A stretch of 58,641 nt of DNA from Actinomycetota bacterium (GTDB lineage Bacteria; Actinomycetota; Acidimicrobiia; Acidimicrobiales; Acidimicrobilacustridaceae): positions 1-58,641 of the forward strand of contig WLFD01000001.1 in the NCBI GenBank assembly GCA_009703925.1, written 5' to 3'. Positions 20,416 to 30,116 of the stretch are shown here, piece by piece (the stretch's first letter is position 1; every line of letters begins with the position of its first letter). The notes below the pieces were generated by a model, which had not been told where the DNA came from, ran no database searches, and saw only the letters and a program-made list of their open reading frames with translations. A program made the position numbers and the translations under genes.

Positions 20416-21234
20416 ATGGAATTCGTAAGGCTCACACCGGCTCTCGGCGCCGAGGTCAGAGGGCTCGATCTGACGGGCGATCTCGATCAGACCGCGATGG
20501 ATGAACTGGTCCACGCTTTCGTCACCCATCAGATCCTCGTCATCAATGCCCCGGACATGACCCCTGAGCAACACATGGCGTTCGGTCGTCGCCTCGGCGA
20601 GATCGAGGTTCATGCGTTCTTTCCCAACCTCGGCGGCACCCGCGAACAGGTGAGCGTCCTCGATTCCGCGGATGGGACAACTGCCAGCATGTGGCACACC
20701 GACGAGACCTTTCTGGCTGAGCCCCCGATGGCCACGCTCACCCACGCGAAGATCCTCCCGTCCACTGGCGGCGACACCCTTTTCGCCAGCAGCACCGCCG
20801 CCTACAACGCACTCTCGCCCCGGATGAAGGACCATCTCGAAGGTCTCACCGCCATCCACGATCTGAGCCGCACCACCGAACTCCGTTTTCGCTTCGGACT
20901 GGCCGACGCCGGGCAGTATGCCGCCGCCATTGCGGCCGATCGGCGAACCGCCCACCCTGTTGTCCGCACACATCCGGTCACCGGCGAGAAGAGTCTTTTC
21001 GTCAATCCCACCTACACGCGGCACATTGTCGGCCTACCTCCCGACGAGAGTGACATGCTCCTCGCCTACCTCCACCGCCACACCATCAAGGAACAGTTCG
21101 TGTATCGGCATCGCTGGAACGATGGCGACCTGCTCATGTGGGACAACCGCTCGACCATGCACCTCGCTCTCGCCGACTTCGAGGGACGCCGCCTCATGTA
21201 CCGCGTCTCGGTCGTTGGCGACGGCAACGTCTGA
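20416..21234 (+). CDS. TauD/TfdA family Fe(II)/2-oxoglutarate dioxygenase
   Basis: LTPALGAEVRGLDL, WHTD, GGDTLF, HPVVRTHPVTG and WDNRSTMH motifs. Confidence 0.92.
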   Translation: MEFVRLTPALGAEVRGLDLTGDLDQTAMDELVHAFVTHQILVINAPDMTPEQHMAFGRRLGEIEVHAFFPNLGGTREQVSVLDSADGTTASMWHTDETFLAEPPMATLTHAKILPSTGGDTLFASSTAAYNALSPRMKDHLEGLTAIHDLSRTTELRFRFGLADAGQYAAAIAADRRTAHPVVRTHPVTGEKSLFVNPTYTRHIVGLPPDESDMLLAYLHRHTIKEQFVYRHRWNDGDLLMWDNRSTMHLALADFEGRRLMYRVSVVGDGNV

Positions 21235-21350
21235 GCAGCACCGATCCTCCCCCGCCGCGGCTGCATCCACCGGGCTAGTTTTGTCGTCGCCGGGGGGTCT
21301 CCGGTCGAGCATGGAAGATCATGCGTGAAGCCACCACGGGAGAGCATCTG

Positions 21351-22172
21351 ATGACGTACCCACTCGAAGCCGGCGGAATCGACGATTACCCGGTCAAGGT
21401 CGGCAGCATGCTGTTGACGATGGTCGATCCCAACAAGGGATTCGAGTCGGCGTACAACCGCTGGTACGAGCGCGATCATTACTACGCCGGTTGCATGGTC
21501 GGCCCGTGGCAGATGTCGGGTTCCCGATGGGTGGCACCCCGCTCACTCAAAGATCTCCGTTGGCCCGAGGGCGACACGGCTGTCGCCAATCCGACCGACT
21601 CCGGTTCCTACGTGGCGATCTACTGGGTCCAGGAGGGTCATCACGAGGAATGGACCAAGTGGGGCGAGGACACCGTCACCTGGCTCTACAGCAACGGACG
21701 CGGCTTCCCCGAGCGCAAGCACACCCACACCAACCTGTTCGATCGCATCGGCGCAGCGAACCGCGATGCCGACGGTGTTCCCGTCGACGTCGCCCTCGAC
21801 AGTGCCTACGACGGCATCTTCGCTGTCTGGTTCGATGCCCGCGACGGCCATAGCGCCAAGAGCGTCCATGCCGAACTCCTGAAGGGCGCCTATTCGGAGC
21901 TCATGACCGGTTCGAACATCGAGATCGTTTCGTCATGGCAACCGGTGGCGAATCCGGCCGCCGACCAGCCAATGGATCTCGGTACTCCGGCCGGCGGCCC
22001 CGAGCGTCTTGTTCAGCTGATCTTCGTCCGCGGCGATGTCACCGACGAGCTTGATCGGATGAAGGCCTACACCGATGGCGTCGCTGCCGCGGGACTCGCC
22101 GATGTCCATCTCGTTGCCCCGTTCTTCCGCACCGTCGTCGGAACCGACACCTACGTCAACGAACTCTGGTGA
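21351..22172 (+). CDS. Conserved hypothetical protein (EthD-like dimeric alpha/beta-barrel candidate)
   Basis: AYNRWYERDHYYAG motif, GGAGA RBS, and a GTGA overlap with the next gene. Confidence 0.6.
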   Translation: MTYPLEAGGIDDYPVKVGSMLLTMVDPNKGFESAYNRWYERDHYYAGCMVGPWQMSGSRWVAPRSLKDLRWPEGDTAVANPTDSGSYVAIYWVQEGHHEEWTKWGEDTVTWLYSNGRGFPERKHTHTNLFDRIGAANRDADGVPVDVALDSAYDGIFAVWFDARDGHSAKSVHAELLKGAYSELMTGSNIEIVSSWQPVANPAADQPMDLGTPAGGPERLVQLIFVRGDVTDELDRMKAYTDGVAAAGLADVHLVAPFFRTVVGTDTYVNELW

Positions 22173-23389
22173 GTCCGGTGACCAACGACTTCACACCTCC
22201 GGATCCGTTCGCTCCCGCCACCCTCGGCCCGCTCTCGCTCAAGAACCGGTTCATCAAGGCCGCGACCTTCGAGGGCGTGACACCGGGAGGACTCGTCACC
22301 CAGGAGCTCATCGACTTCCATCTACGTCCGGTCCGCGGCGGCGTCGCCATGACGACGCTCGCCTACTTGGCTGTCGCTCCGGAGGGACGAACCGACGACG
22401 GCTGCATGTGGCTGCGTCCGGCCGCCCTCCCCGGCCTCAAGAAGTTCGTCGACACGATCCATGCCGAAGGGGCTCTCGTCGCCGGACAGATCGGCCATGC
22501 CGGTCCCGTCGCCAACGCCAAGAAGAACGGCGTTCCGTCACTTGCTCCGGGCAAGTTGTTCAGCCCCGTGGCCGGCAAGTTCTCGAAGGCGATCACGTCG
22601 AGCGAGATCGAACGGGTCACCGACGACTACGCCAACGGCACCCGTCTCATGGTCGAAGCCGGATTCGACTCGATCGAGATCCATCTCGCCCACAACTACC
22701 TGCTGTCCTCGTTCCTGAGCCCGAAATTCAACAAGCGCAAGGACGAATGGAACGGCTCACTCGAGAACCGCGCCCGCTTCGCCCGACAGGTCGTTGCCGC
22801 CGTCCGCGACGCGGCCCCCGCCAATGTCGCCGTCACCGCGAAGATCAGTCTCAATGACGGCGTGCCCGGCGGATTCAAGCCGCCCGAAAGCACGGCGTTC
22901 GCGAAGATGCTTCAGGACGACGGTCATCTCGATGCACTCGAGATGACCGGTGGTTCGTCGCTGGCGAATCCCATCTACCTGTTCAAGGGCGATGCACCGC
23001 GCGACGAATTCGCCAAAGCCCTCCCGAAAGTCATGGGCTTCGGATTCAAACTGTTCGGCAAGAAGTTCATGCCCTCCTATCCGTTCGAGGAGGCATACTT
23101 CCGCCCGATGGCCCTCGATGTCCGCGCCCAACTCGACATGCCGTTGATCTTCCTCGGCGGCATCAACAACCTCGCAACCGTTCAGCAGGCGATGTCCGAC
23201 GGCTTCGACTTCGTGGCGATGGGCCGTGCCGTGCTGCGCGAACCGGATCTCATCAACAGGATGCAGGAAGGCACACAGACGGAAGGCAATTGCGTCCATT
23301 GCAACAAGTGCATGGTCTCGATCTGGAGTGGCAGCCGCTGCGTCGTGGACTTCCCCAACCCCATCGTCACCTCCGGACCGGTGCGTTGA
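22169..23389 (+). CDS. NADH:flavin oxidoreductase (old yellow enzyme family)
   Basis: LKNRFIKAAT, EIHLAHNYLLSSFLSP, SLENRARF and C-terminal CVHCNKC motifs. Confidence 0.9.
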   Translation: MSPVTNDFTPPDPFAPATLGPLSLKNRFIKAATFEGVTPGGLVTQELIDFHLRPVRGGVAMTTLAYLAVAPEGRTDDGCMWLRPAALPGLKKFVDTIHAEGALVAGQIGHAGPVANAKKNGVPSLAPGKLFSPVAGKFSKAITSSEIERVTDDYANGTRLMVEAGFDSIEIHLAHNYLLSSFLSPKFNKRKDEWNGSLENRARFARQVVAAVRDAAPANVAVTAKISLNDGVPGGFKPPESTAFAKMLQDDGHLDALEMTGGSSLANPIYLFKGDAPRDEFAKALPKVMGFGFKLFGKKFMPSYPFEEAYFRPMALDVRAQLDMPLIFLGGINNLATVQQAMSDGFDFVAMGRAVLREPDLINRMQEGTQTEGNCVHCNKCMVSIWSGSRCVVDFPNPIVTSGPVR

Positions 23390-24444
23390 ATCCCGACTCG
23401 ATCGAGGAAGCCGTTCCCGCCGACGCACTGCAACAGTGGATCGACGCGAACGTCCCCGGGGCACGCGGTCCCGTCACCATCTCGCACCTTTCCGGAGGTT
23501 CGTCGAACCTCACCTTCCGCGTCCGTGACGACATCAACGATTGGGTGCTGCGCCGGCCGCCTGTCGGAGCGTTTCTCGCTACCGCGAACGACATGGGCCG
23601 CGAGTTCCGTGTGCAGCAGGGTCTGGCCGGCTCCGCTGTTCCCGTCGCGCAGACGGTGGCCCTCTGCGACGATCCCGAAATCATCGGAGCGCCGTTCTAC
23701 CTGATGGAGTTCGTCGACGGAATCGTCTACTCCGATGCCGATGCGGTCGCCCACCTCGATCCTGGTCAGGCTCTAGCCGCCACCGATGAACTCATCGACG
23801 TTCTCGCCCGCCTGCATGCCGTCGATTTCGAGGCCGTCGGACTCGGACAACTCGGAAAGCCCGAGGGGTTCCTCGAGCGTCAGGTCCACCGCTGGTGCAC
23901 GCAATGGGAGAAATCGAAACAGCAGGACCTTTCGTCCATCGACGAGGTGGCCCGCCGCCTCAACCGTTCCATTCCCGCACACACCGACTCCGCCATCGTT
24001 CACGGCGACTACTCGTTCAACAACACGATGTGGAGTCGGACCGATCCGACCCGGATGGTTGCCGTCCTGGACTGGGAGATGTCGACGCTCGGTGATCCGC
24101 TCACCGATCTCGGGATGGTCTCGGTCTACTGGGAAGCGGCGGGTGAACTCATGTGGCGCAACCGGTCACCCCAACCCCACCGCGTCAATTCGGGTTTCCC
24201 CGGGGTCGACCACCTTCTTGCCCGCTACGAGACCACCAGTGGCCGCTCCCTGCGCGACATCGACGTCTATCGGGTGCTCGCCGTGTTCAAGTTGGCAGTG
24301 ATCACCGAGGGCGCCCATGCCCGCATCCGTGCCACCCGACCGGACGAGGACACTGCACCCATCGCCTCGACCGTGGCCGCACTCGCCGACCTCGCCCTCG
24401 AACTTGCCGACGCGTCGCCGGTCTCGACACTTCGGGGCAACTGA
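23386..24444 (+). CDS. Phosphotransferase family protein (APH / ACAD10-11 N-domain-like)
   Basis: GGSSNLT, VLRRPP, HGDY and LDWEM motifs. TTG start overlaps the upstream TGA. Confidence 0.88.
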   Translation: MNPDSIEEAVPADALQQWIDANVPGARGPVTISHLSGGSSNLTFRVRDDINDWVLRRPPVGAFLATANDMGREFRVQQGLAGSAVPVAQTVALCDDPEIIGAPFYLMEFVDGIVYSDADAVAHLDPGQALAATDELIDVLARLHAVDFEAVGLGQLGKPEGFLERQVHRWCTQWEKSKQQDLSSIDEVARRLNRSIPAHTDSAIVHGDYSFNNTMWSRTDPTRMVAVLDWEMSTLGDPLTDLGMVSVYWEAAGELMWRNRSPQPHRVNSGFPGVDHLLARYETTSGRSLRDIDVYRVLAVFKLAVITEGAHARIRATRPDEDTAPIASTVAALADLALELADASPVSTLRGN

Positions 24445-24463
24445 AACCAACGCTTTCGACCGG

Positions 24464-24949
24464 TTACGGCCCGGTGACCGGCCTGTCTTCAGTGAACTCG
24501 AGCATCAGATGGCGCTGCTTGATCTTCCAGCCTTCATCCGTGCGCGTGTACCGATCGAGATAGCGAACGTGCATCACGTAGTTGGAGCGGCCGTCGGGAC
24601 CGCCACCTTCATCAACCGTTCGAACGTGATTTGCAACGCAGTAGGTCTCGCCGGTTGCCTCGTCGCCATCGATCTCCGAGCGATGGTTGCCTACGAAGTG
24701 GATCGTGAGTTCGTAACGCGACAGCCCTTGCATTGCCGCGGCGATCTCGGCACGACCGATGCGCTCGCGCACAGCAACAGGATTGCCGCGTTCGAAGATC
24801 CGCAGTTCGCCATCGGCGGCGAACAGCCCTGCCGTACGTTCGTGCTCGCCGCTGTCAACGGAGAACGCGTAGGAATCCACCAAGGCGCGGATCTCGAGAC
24901 GGTCCCGCACTCCGATGATCTCGGCATCGGTCAATCTGGCATCGGTCAC
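24464..24949 (-). CDS. SnoaL/NTF2-like (LinA-type) domain protein
   Basis: DRLEIRALVDSYA, HFVGNH and RYLDRYTRTDEGWKI motifs. GTGA overlap with the SDR stop. Confidence 0.85.
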   Translation of the reverse strand: MTDARLTDAEIIGVRDRLEIRALVDSYAFSVDSGEHERTAGLFAADGELRIFERGNPVAVRERIGRAEIAAAMQGLSRYELTIHFVGNHRSEIDGDEATGETYCVANHVRTVDEGGGPDGRSNYVMHVRYLDRYTRTDEGWKIKQRHLMLEFTEDRPVTGP

Positions 24950-25803
24950 TGCGGGGCCTGGAACGTCCAGCCTGGAAGCAGGCCGAGGTCCGAGCAGAGC
25001 TTCGGGGCGAAGATCCACTTGCCCATGAACTTGTCGGCACCGGGATCGGTCGCCAACCAGGCCACGACCTTGCCGGTTGCTTCGGCCGGTTCACTGCCGA
25101 ATCCACCCGAGTATTCGTCGTCGGGCTTGGCCGCTTTGCGGGCCTCGGTGACGACGTTGCCGGGATCGACGTTGAACGCCTTGATGCCCTTCGAGCGGTA
25201 TTCGGCGTTGATGCCACCGGCGACGCGGGCGAAGGCCGCTTTCGACGCCGAATAGAGGATGCCCCAACCACCCTCGCCGGGAGGCCCGGGAGGATCGAGG
25301 CGAGCCGAACCGGACACCATGTTGATGATCGATCCGCTGCCCCGCTCGACCATGTGCGGAAGGACCTGCTGGATGAGAAGCACCTGATGCATGAAGTTGC
25401 CGGTCATCAGGGCCGTCATCGATTCCATCGTCAGATCCTCGATGCGGTCGAGTGTTCCCACGCCCCGATAGATCGCGTTGTTGTAAAGCACGTCGATTCG
25501 ACCCCATGCGTCGAGCACTTTGGCCGGCAATGACACGACGGCATCGCGGTCGATGAGGTCGAGGGGCAGGATCAACGCCCGCTGACCGCGTTCCTCGATC
25601 TCTTGTGCGGTGCGCTCGAGACTGCCTGGCACAGCCAGCGTCACGTCCTCGCGCACCGAATTCGGTTCGGCCTTGCCCTCGCCCTCGTGCACGGTGCGTG
25701 CACTGATGACGACATCGAAACCGGCCTCGGCCAACGCCAAGGCGCCCTCGCGGCCGATACCCCGGCTCGCTCCGGTGACAATCGCTACTGGTGAATCGCT
25801 CAT
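24946..25803 (-). CDS. SDR oxidoreductase
   Basis: TGASRGIG, NNAI and YSASK motifs. AGGAGG RBS. Confidence 0.9.
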   Translation of the reverse strand: MSDSPVAIVTGASRGIGREGALALAEAGFDVVISARTVHEGEGKAEPNSVREDVTLAVPGSLERTAQEIEERGQRALILPLDLIDRDAVVSLPAKVLDAWGRIDVLYNNAIYRGVGTLDRIEDLTMESMTALMTGNFMHQVLLIQQVLPHMVERGSGSIINMVSGSARLDPPGPPGEGGWGILYSASKAAFARVAGGINAEYRSKGIKAFNVDPGNVVTEARKAAKPDDEYSGGFGSEPAEATGKVVAWLATDPGADKFMGKWIFAPKLCSDLGLLPGWTFQAPQ

Positions 25804-25848
25804 GTTCCCCCTCCTGATCGTCGAACCCTAGTCAAACGATCCGGGGGA

Positions 25849-27075
25849 TCAGTCTTTTGCCGACTTCGATTTCTTGGTGCGGGTGAGCAATGGATCGAAC
25901 CACGACAGCACCTTGCCGCCGATGGTGAGTGACCGACCGGCCAGACCCGGATGTTCGTGGTCGACGAGGTTGGCCATGATGTCGAGAACGAGTTTCATCG
26001 TGAACTTCGTGGACAACGCGATGCCGAGCAGGAACCGCAGAAGTCGGGGTCGGCCGATGACCCAGGCGAACCGGCGGGCGGTCGCGAAGAACGGGTCGTA
26101 CTCGGTGGCCAGAACCGACTGGTAGACCACCGGTGCCGTCGATGCATCGGACAGAAATGCCTCGGCGGCGAGACGGCCGGACTCCAGTGCGTAATCGATC
26201 CCCTCGCCGTTGAACGGGTTCACAAGACCGGCAGCGTCGCCCACGACGACCCAACCCGGTCCGCCGCGATGTTCGACGTGCATCGGAAGACGCCACGCCC
26301 GTGGCCGGGCCGTGAATTCGCCGAGGCCCCACGAATCGCACACCTGCGCCCGATACGCCTCGAGCATCGTGTTGAGGTTCAGATCGGAGAAGTTGCGCAT
26401 CGTCGACAGGGCGCCGACACCGATGTTCACGATGCCGTTTCCGGCCGGAAACACCCATCCGTACCCGGGAATCAGCGAGCCATCGGGGCCCTTCACGGTG
26501 AGGCACGCTTCCATGTAACGGTCATCGGCTTTCGTCGAGGTCGCGTAGCCGCGGATCGCGAGACCGAACGGCGATTCGGGGATGCGGTTCGCGCCGAGGA
26601 GTTTGGCCGGAGCCGATCCTGCCCCGGAGGCGATGATCACGAACTTCGCCCGCACCTCGACATCGCCGGCCCGGACTCCGACGACGCGGTCCCCTTCGAG
26701 AATCGGTTCGGCGGTGGAGCGATCGTGGATCGCCACCCCGGCGTCGATCGCGCACTGCATGACGCGCGCATCGAACTGCGCACGCGGAGCGACGGCGCCG
26801 ACAGGAGGGAACGCGCCATCTGGCCAGAGCACTTCGCGCTCGGCGCGACCGGCCTGGACGCGCAGGCCGTCGATTCGGTGGAAGTCGGAGATGTCGACAC
26901 CGAGACGCTCCAGTTCGGCGACGGCACGGGGTGTGAGTCCGTCGCCACAGGACTTGTCCCGACCCTGTGTCGCCTTTTCGAACAGCGCCACCGAAGCTCC
27001 GCCCCTGGCCGCCCATGTTGCGGCCGCCGAACCGGCAGGGCCTGCTCCGATCACCGCAAGGTCGACATTTGTCAT
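25849..27075 (-). CDS. Geranylgeranyl reductase family FAD oxidoreductase (MenJ-like)
   Basis: GAGPAG, KSCGDG, GYGWVFP and GDAAGLVNPFNGEGI motifs. Confidence 0.88.
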   Translation of the reverse strand: MTNVDLAVIGAGPAGSAAATWAARGGASVALFEKATQGRDKSCGDGLTPRAVAELERLGVDISDFHRIDGLRVQAGRAEREVLWPDGAFPPVGAVAPRAQFDARVMQCAIDAGVAIHDRSTAEPILEGDRVVGVRAGDVEVRAKFVIIASGAGSAPAKLLGANRIPESPFGLAIRGYATSTKADDRYMEACLTVKGPDGSLIPGYGWVFPAGNGIVNIGVGALSTMRNFSDLNLNTMLEAYRAQVCDSWGLGEFTARPRAWRLPMHVEHRGGPGWVVVGDAAGLVNPFNGEGIDYALESGRLAAEAFLSDASTAPVVYQSVLATEYDPFFATARRFAWVIGRPRLLRFLLGIALSTKFTMKLVLDIMANLVDHEHPGLAGRSLTIGGKVLSWFDPLLTRTKKSKSAKD

Positions 27076-27146
27076 GGGCAGATTCTCCCCCGCGGACGGC
27101 AGAAATCCCACATCGGGGGACGTCTCCGTTCCGGATGCCTGCCCGG

Positions 27147-27752
27147 TCAGATCTCGTCGATCGTCAGAAGCGGCTCGCGCTTCCCCTGCCGGCGCTGACG
27201 CAGCATCGGCAGGACATCGTCGACATCATCGATCCGGACGATGAGTTCCCGATTGGCCGGGCGCAGGAAGCCGGCGGTCACCGTCTGGTCGAGAAACTCG
27301 AACAGGGGTGCCCAGAAACCGTCGGTGTCGAGGACACCCACCGGCTTGTCGTGGATCCCGATCTGGGCCCAGGTCGTGATCTCCGCCAGTTCCTCGAGAG
27401 TCCCCAGCCCTCCCGGGAGAGCAACGAAGGCATCGGATTCGACCGCCATGAGAAGTTTCCGTTCGTGCATCGAATCGACTTCGACGAGTTCGGTGATTCC
27501 CTGATGCCCGGACTCGGTCTTGAACAGACCTTTCGGAATGACGCCGAGAACCTCGCCTCCGGCTTCCATCACCGAATCGGCCACCACGCCCATCAATCCG
27601 ACCGACCCGCCTCCATAGACGAGGCGCACACCTTCTGCGGCCATCACGCGACCCAAGGCCGCTGCCGACGCCTGATGAAGCGGGTCGACACCGACGGACG
27701 AACCGCAATACACACAGAGAGAACGGATGGCGTTGGCCTGTGAATCTGTCAT
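27147..27752 (-). CDS. LOG family nucleotide phosphoribohydrolase (TIGR00730)
   Basis: CVYCGSS, LVYGGGSVGLMG, MHERK and PGGLGTLEE motifs. Confidence 0.93.
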   Translation of the reverse strand: MTDSQANAIRSLCVYCGSSVGVDPLHQASAAALGRVMAAEGVRLVYGGGSVGLMGVVADSVMEAGGEVLGVIPKGLFKTESGHQGITELVEVDSMHERKLLMAVESDAFVALPGGLGTLEELAEITTWAQIGIHDKPVGVLDTDGFWAPLFEFLDQTVTAGFLRPANRELIVRIDDVDDVLPMLRQRRQGKREPLLTIDEI

Positions 27753-27789
27753 CGCTTCCAGCCTAAAGACCCTCGGGTCGGTACGCGCA

Positions 27790-27816
27790 ACAGGCGCCGG
27801 CCGGGCCGACGCCTGT
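27790..27816 (-). terminator. Hairpin downstream of tRNA-Gln
   Basis: ACAGGCG...CGCCTGT GC-rich stem. Confidence 0.6.
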
Positions 27817-27823
27817 CTCGAAG

Positions 27824-27895
27824 CTCGGGGGGGAGGACTCGAACCCCCAACAAATGGACCAGAACCACTCGTGTTACCAATTACACCACCCCCGA
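27824..27895 (-). tRNA. tRNA-Gln (anticodon CTG), CCA not encoded
   Basis: Minus strand reads TCGGGGG...AGTGG-TTCTGGT-CCATT...GGGGG-TTCGAGT-CCTCC-CCCCCGA-G. The U1-A72 pair is typical of tRNA-Gln. Confidence 0.96.
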
Positions 27896-27942
27896 AGGGC
27901 TTCCGAAGGATACCGGCTGGAACCACTCCGATACCAACTGCA

Positions 27943-28542
27943 TCAGCGAAGTGACGCCAGACGACGAAATCCGATGAGGCGGCCGATCGCGACTGCGACC
28001 GTTTCGCGCAGCATCGGACGCAGCGATGTCGAGGAATCCGTGGGCGATACATGCGGTTTCAATCCCACTTCGCGCGCTATCTCCTCGACCCTCAATGCGT
28101 GATACGGATCGGACACGATGACCACCGAGTCGCCGGTCCCCGCCTTGCGGAGGATCGCAGCCGACGCGGAGAGCTCCTCGAAGCTGTTCGTCCCGTCCAC
28201 CTCGATCTTGATGGCCGCCTCCGGCACCCCCTGATCGCGCAGGTAGGCGAAACCGCTGAGGCCCTGGGTGACCGAATCACCGGATTGTTTGCCTCCGGTC
28301 ACGACGATCACCGGAGCCACCCCGCGTCGGTAGAGGTCGACCGCGTGATCGAGTCGGCCCTTCAGTACCGGAGACGGAACCCCGTTCCATTGCGCTGCCC
28401 CCATCACGACGATCGCAGAAGCCGGTGAGGTGTCGTTCCCGCGCGACGCCCACCAGACCTGCGCAAAGGTGATCCCGAGATACAGGACCACGATCGCCAT
28501 CAGACCGAAGACGATGCGGATCGCCCAGCGCGCAAGGAACAT
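27943..28542 (-). CDS. YdcF/DUF218 family membrane-anchored protein
   Basis: N-terminal TM helix; AIVVMGAAQ, RLDHA, VTGG and VSDPYHALR motifs. Confidence 0.88.
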   Translation of the reverse strand: MFLARWAIRIVFGLMAIVVLYLGITFAQVWWASRGNDTSPASAIVVMGAAQWNGVPSPVLKGRLDHAVDLYRRGVAPVIVVTGGKQSGDSVTQGLSGFAYLRDQGVPEAAIKIEVDGTNSFEELSASAAILRKAGTGDSVVIVSDPYHALRVEEIAREVGLKPHVSPTDSSTSLRPMLRETVAVAIGRLIGFRRLASLR

Positions 28543-28551
28543 CGAAACGCC

Positions 28552-29961
28552 CTACAGGCGCTCTTTCGCAGCGTTCAGACGACGGAGTGTTTCGTCCCGG
28601 CCCAGAACCTCGAGCGATTCGAACAGGGGCGGGCCGACCGTGCGACCGGTGACCGAAACGCGCACCGGGGCCTGCACCTTCCCCTTCGAGATCTCGTGCT
28701 GGTCGGCGTAGGAGAACAGCGCCGCCTCGAGACCGGCCGCCGTCCAGTCGCAATCGGCGAATCCGGCGATTGCGTGATCAAGTACGGCAGCGGCAAGTTC
28801 CGCACCCTTCACCATGACCTTCTGCCATGAATCGTCGTCGATGGTCGGATCGGCATTGAACACGAAGTCGACATAGCCGGGAACCTCGGAAAGCAGCTTG
28901 ACCCGCTCCTGGACGAGTGGAGCGAGGACCTCGAAGGTGGCGATGTCGAACCGCTCGGCTGGCCACGGAGTGTCTTCGTAGAGCCATCGCGTCGAACTGT
29001 TCACGAACTGCGGCGCGGAGAGGTTTCGAATGTACTCACCGTTGAAATGCTGCAGCTTCTTCACGTCGAAAAAGGCGCCGCTCTTGTTGACGTCTTCGAG
29101 GCGGAACAGCGAAACGATCTCGGCCAGCGGACGGATCTCGATGTCGTCGGGCGGACCCCACCCGAGTGTGGCGAGGTAGTTCACCATCGCTTCGGCCAGA
29201 TAACCGCGGTCGATGTAATCCCCGACCGAAACGTCATCGCGTCGCTTCGAGAGTTTCTGCCGCTTCTCGTTCACGATGAGGGGCAGATGGGCGAAGGTGA
29301 GATCGCCCTCGATGGCGAGCGCCTCGCGGATCAGGATCACCTTCGGGGTGACGTTGATGAGATCCTCGCCACGCACCACATGGGTGATCCCCTGATCGGC
29401 ATCGTCGACGGCATTGGCCAGATGGAACATCGGGGTTCCGTTGGAGCGGAGGATCACGAAGTCCTCGAGGTTCTCGTTCTCGAAACTCACGCGACCGCGG
29501 ATGAGGTCCTCGAAAGCTGTCGAACCCTCGGATGGAACCCGAAACCGGACCACCCGACCTTCACCGGTCTCGAGATTCCGTTCGGCACAGAAACCGTCGT
29601 AGCCGGGGGTTCCGCCTCGGGCCTCCGCCCTCGCCTTGACCGCGTCGGGGGTGCAATCACACCAATAGGCAGCGCCGGTACCGAGGAGCCTGTCCACCGC
29701 GGCCTGGTGGAGATGACCGCGCTCGGACTGATGGACCGGGGTTCCATCCCAGTCCAGTCCGAGCCATTCGAGCGACCGGAAGATGATGTCGATCAGTTCC
29801 GGCCTCGACCGTTCCGAATCGGTGTCTTCAATGCGGAGCATGAATTCACCGCCACATTGGCGGGCGAAGAGCCAGTTGAAGAGGGCCGTCCGCGCACCTC
29901 CGATATGTAGGTATCCCGTGGGAGATGGGGCGAAACGGACGCGGACGGCGGAAGAAGTCAC
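28552..29961 (-). CDS. gltX: Glutamate-tRNA ligase
   Basis: RVRFAPSPTGYLHIGG, LRIEDTD and KLSKR motifs. GTG start 7 nt after TACCAT. Confidence 0.96.
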   Translation of the reverse strand: MTSSAVRVRFAPSPTGYLHIGGARTALFNWLFARQCGGEFMLRIEDTDSERSRPELIDIIFRSLEWLGLDWDGTPVHQSERGHLHQAAVDRLLGTGAAYWCDCTPDAVKARAEARGGTPGYDGFCAERNLETGEGRVVRFRVPSEGSTAFEDLIRGRVSFENENLEDFVILRSNGTPMFHLANAVDDADQGITHVVRGEDLINVTPKVILIREALAIEGDLTFAHLPLIVNEKRQKLSKRRDDVSVGDYIDRGYLAEAMVNYLATLGWGPPDDIEIRPLAEIVSLFRLEDVNKSGAFFDVKKLQHFNGEYIRNLSAPQFVNSSTRWLYEDTPWPAERFDIATFEVLAPLVQERVKLLSEVPGYVDFVFNADPTIDDDSWQKVMVKGAELAAAVLDHAIAGFADCDWTAAGLEAALFSYADQHEISKGKVQAPVRVSVTGRTVGPPLFESLEVLGRDETLRRLNAAKERL

Positions 29962-30116
29962 GAGTTCGATGGTACCGTCGGGCCGCAGATGAGCCGAAAC
30001 GGCCCCAGATGCAGTTCCGGCGCCTGCAGTTCCGGCCCCATTGTCGCCGTACCCCGGGGCCGTGCCGGAATCCAGACCAATCCCCCCGCCATCCAACTGT
30101 CCCACCGGAGTATGCG

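Noticed and set aside
9940-27830. Integrative element or prophage at tRNA-Glu or tRNA-Gln
   Set aside because: I saw no integrase, no duplicated tRNA 3' end (att site), and no phage or conjugation genes.
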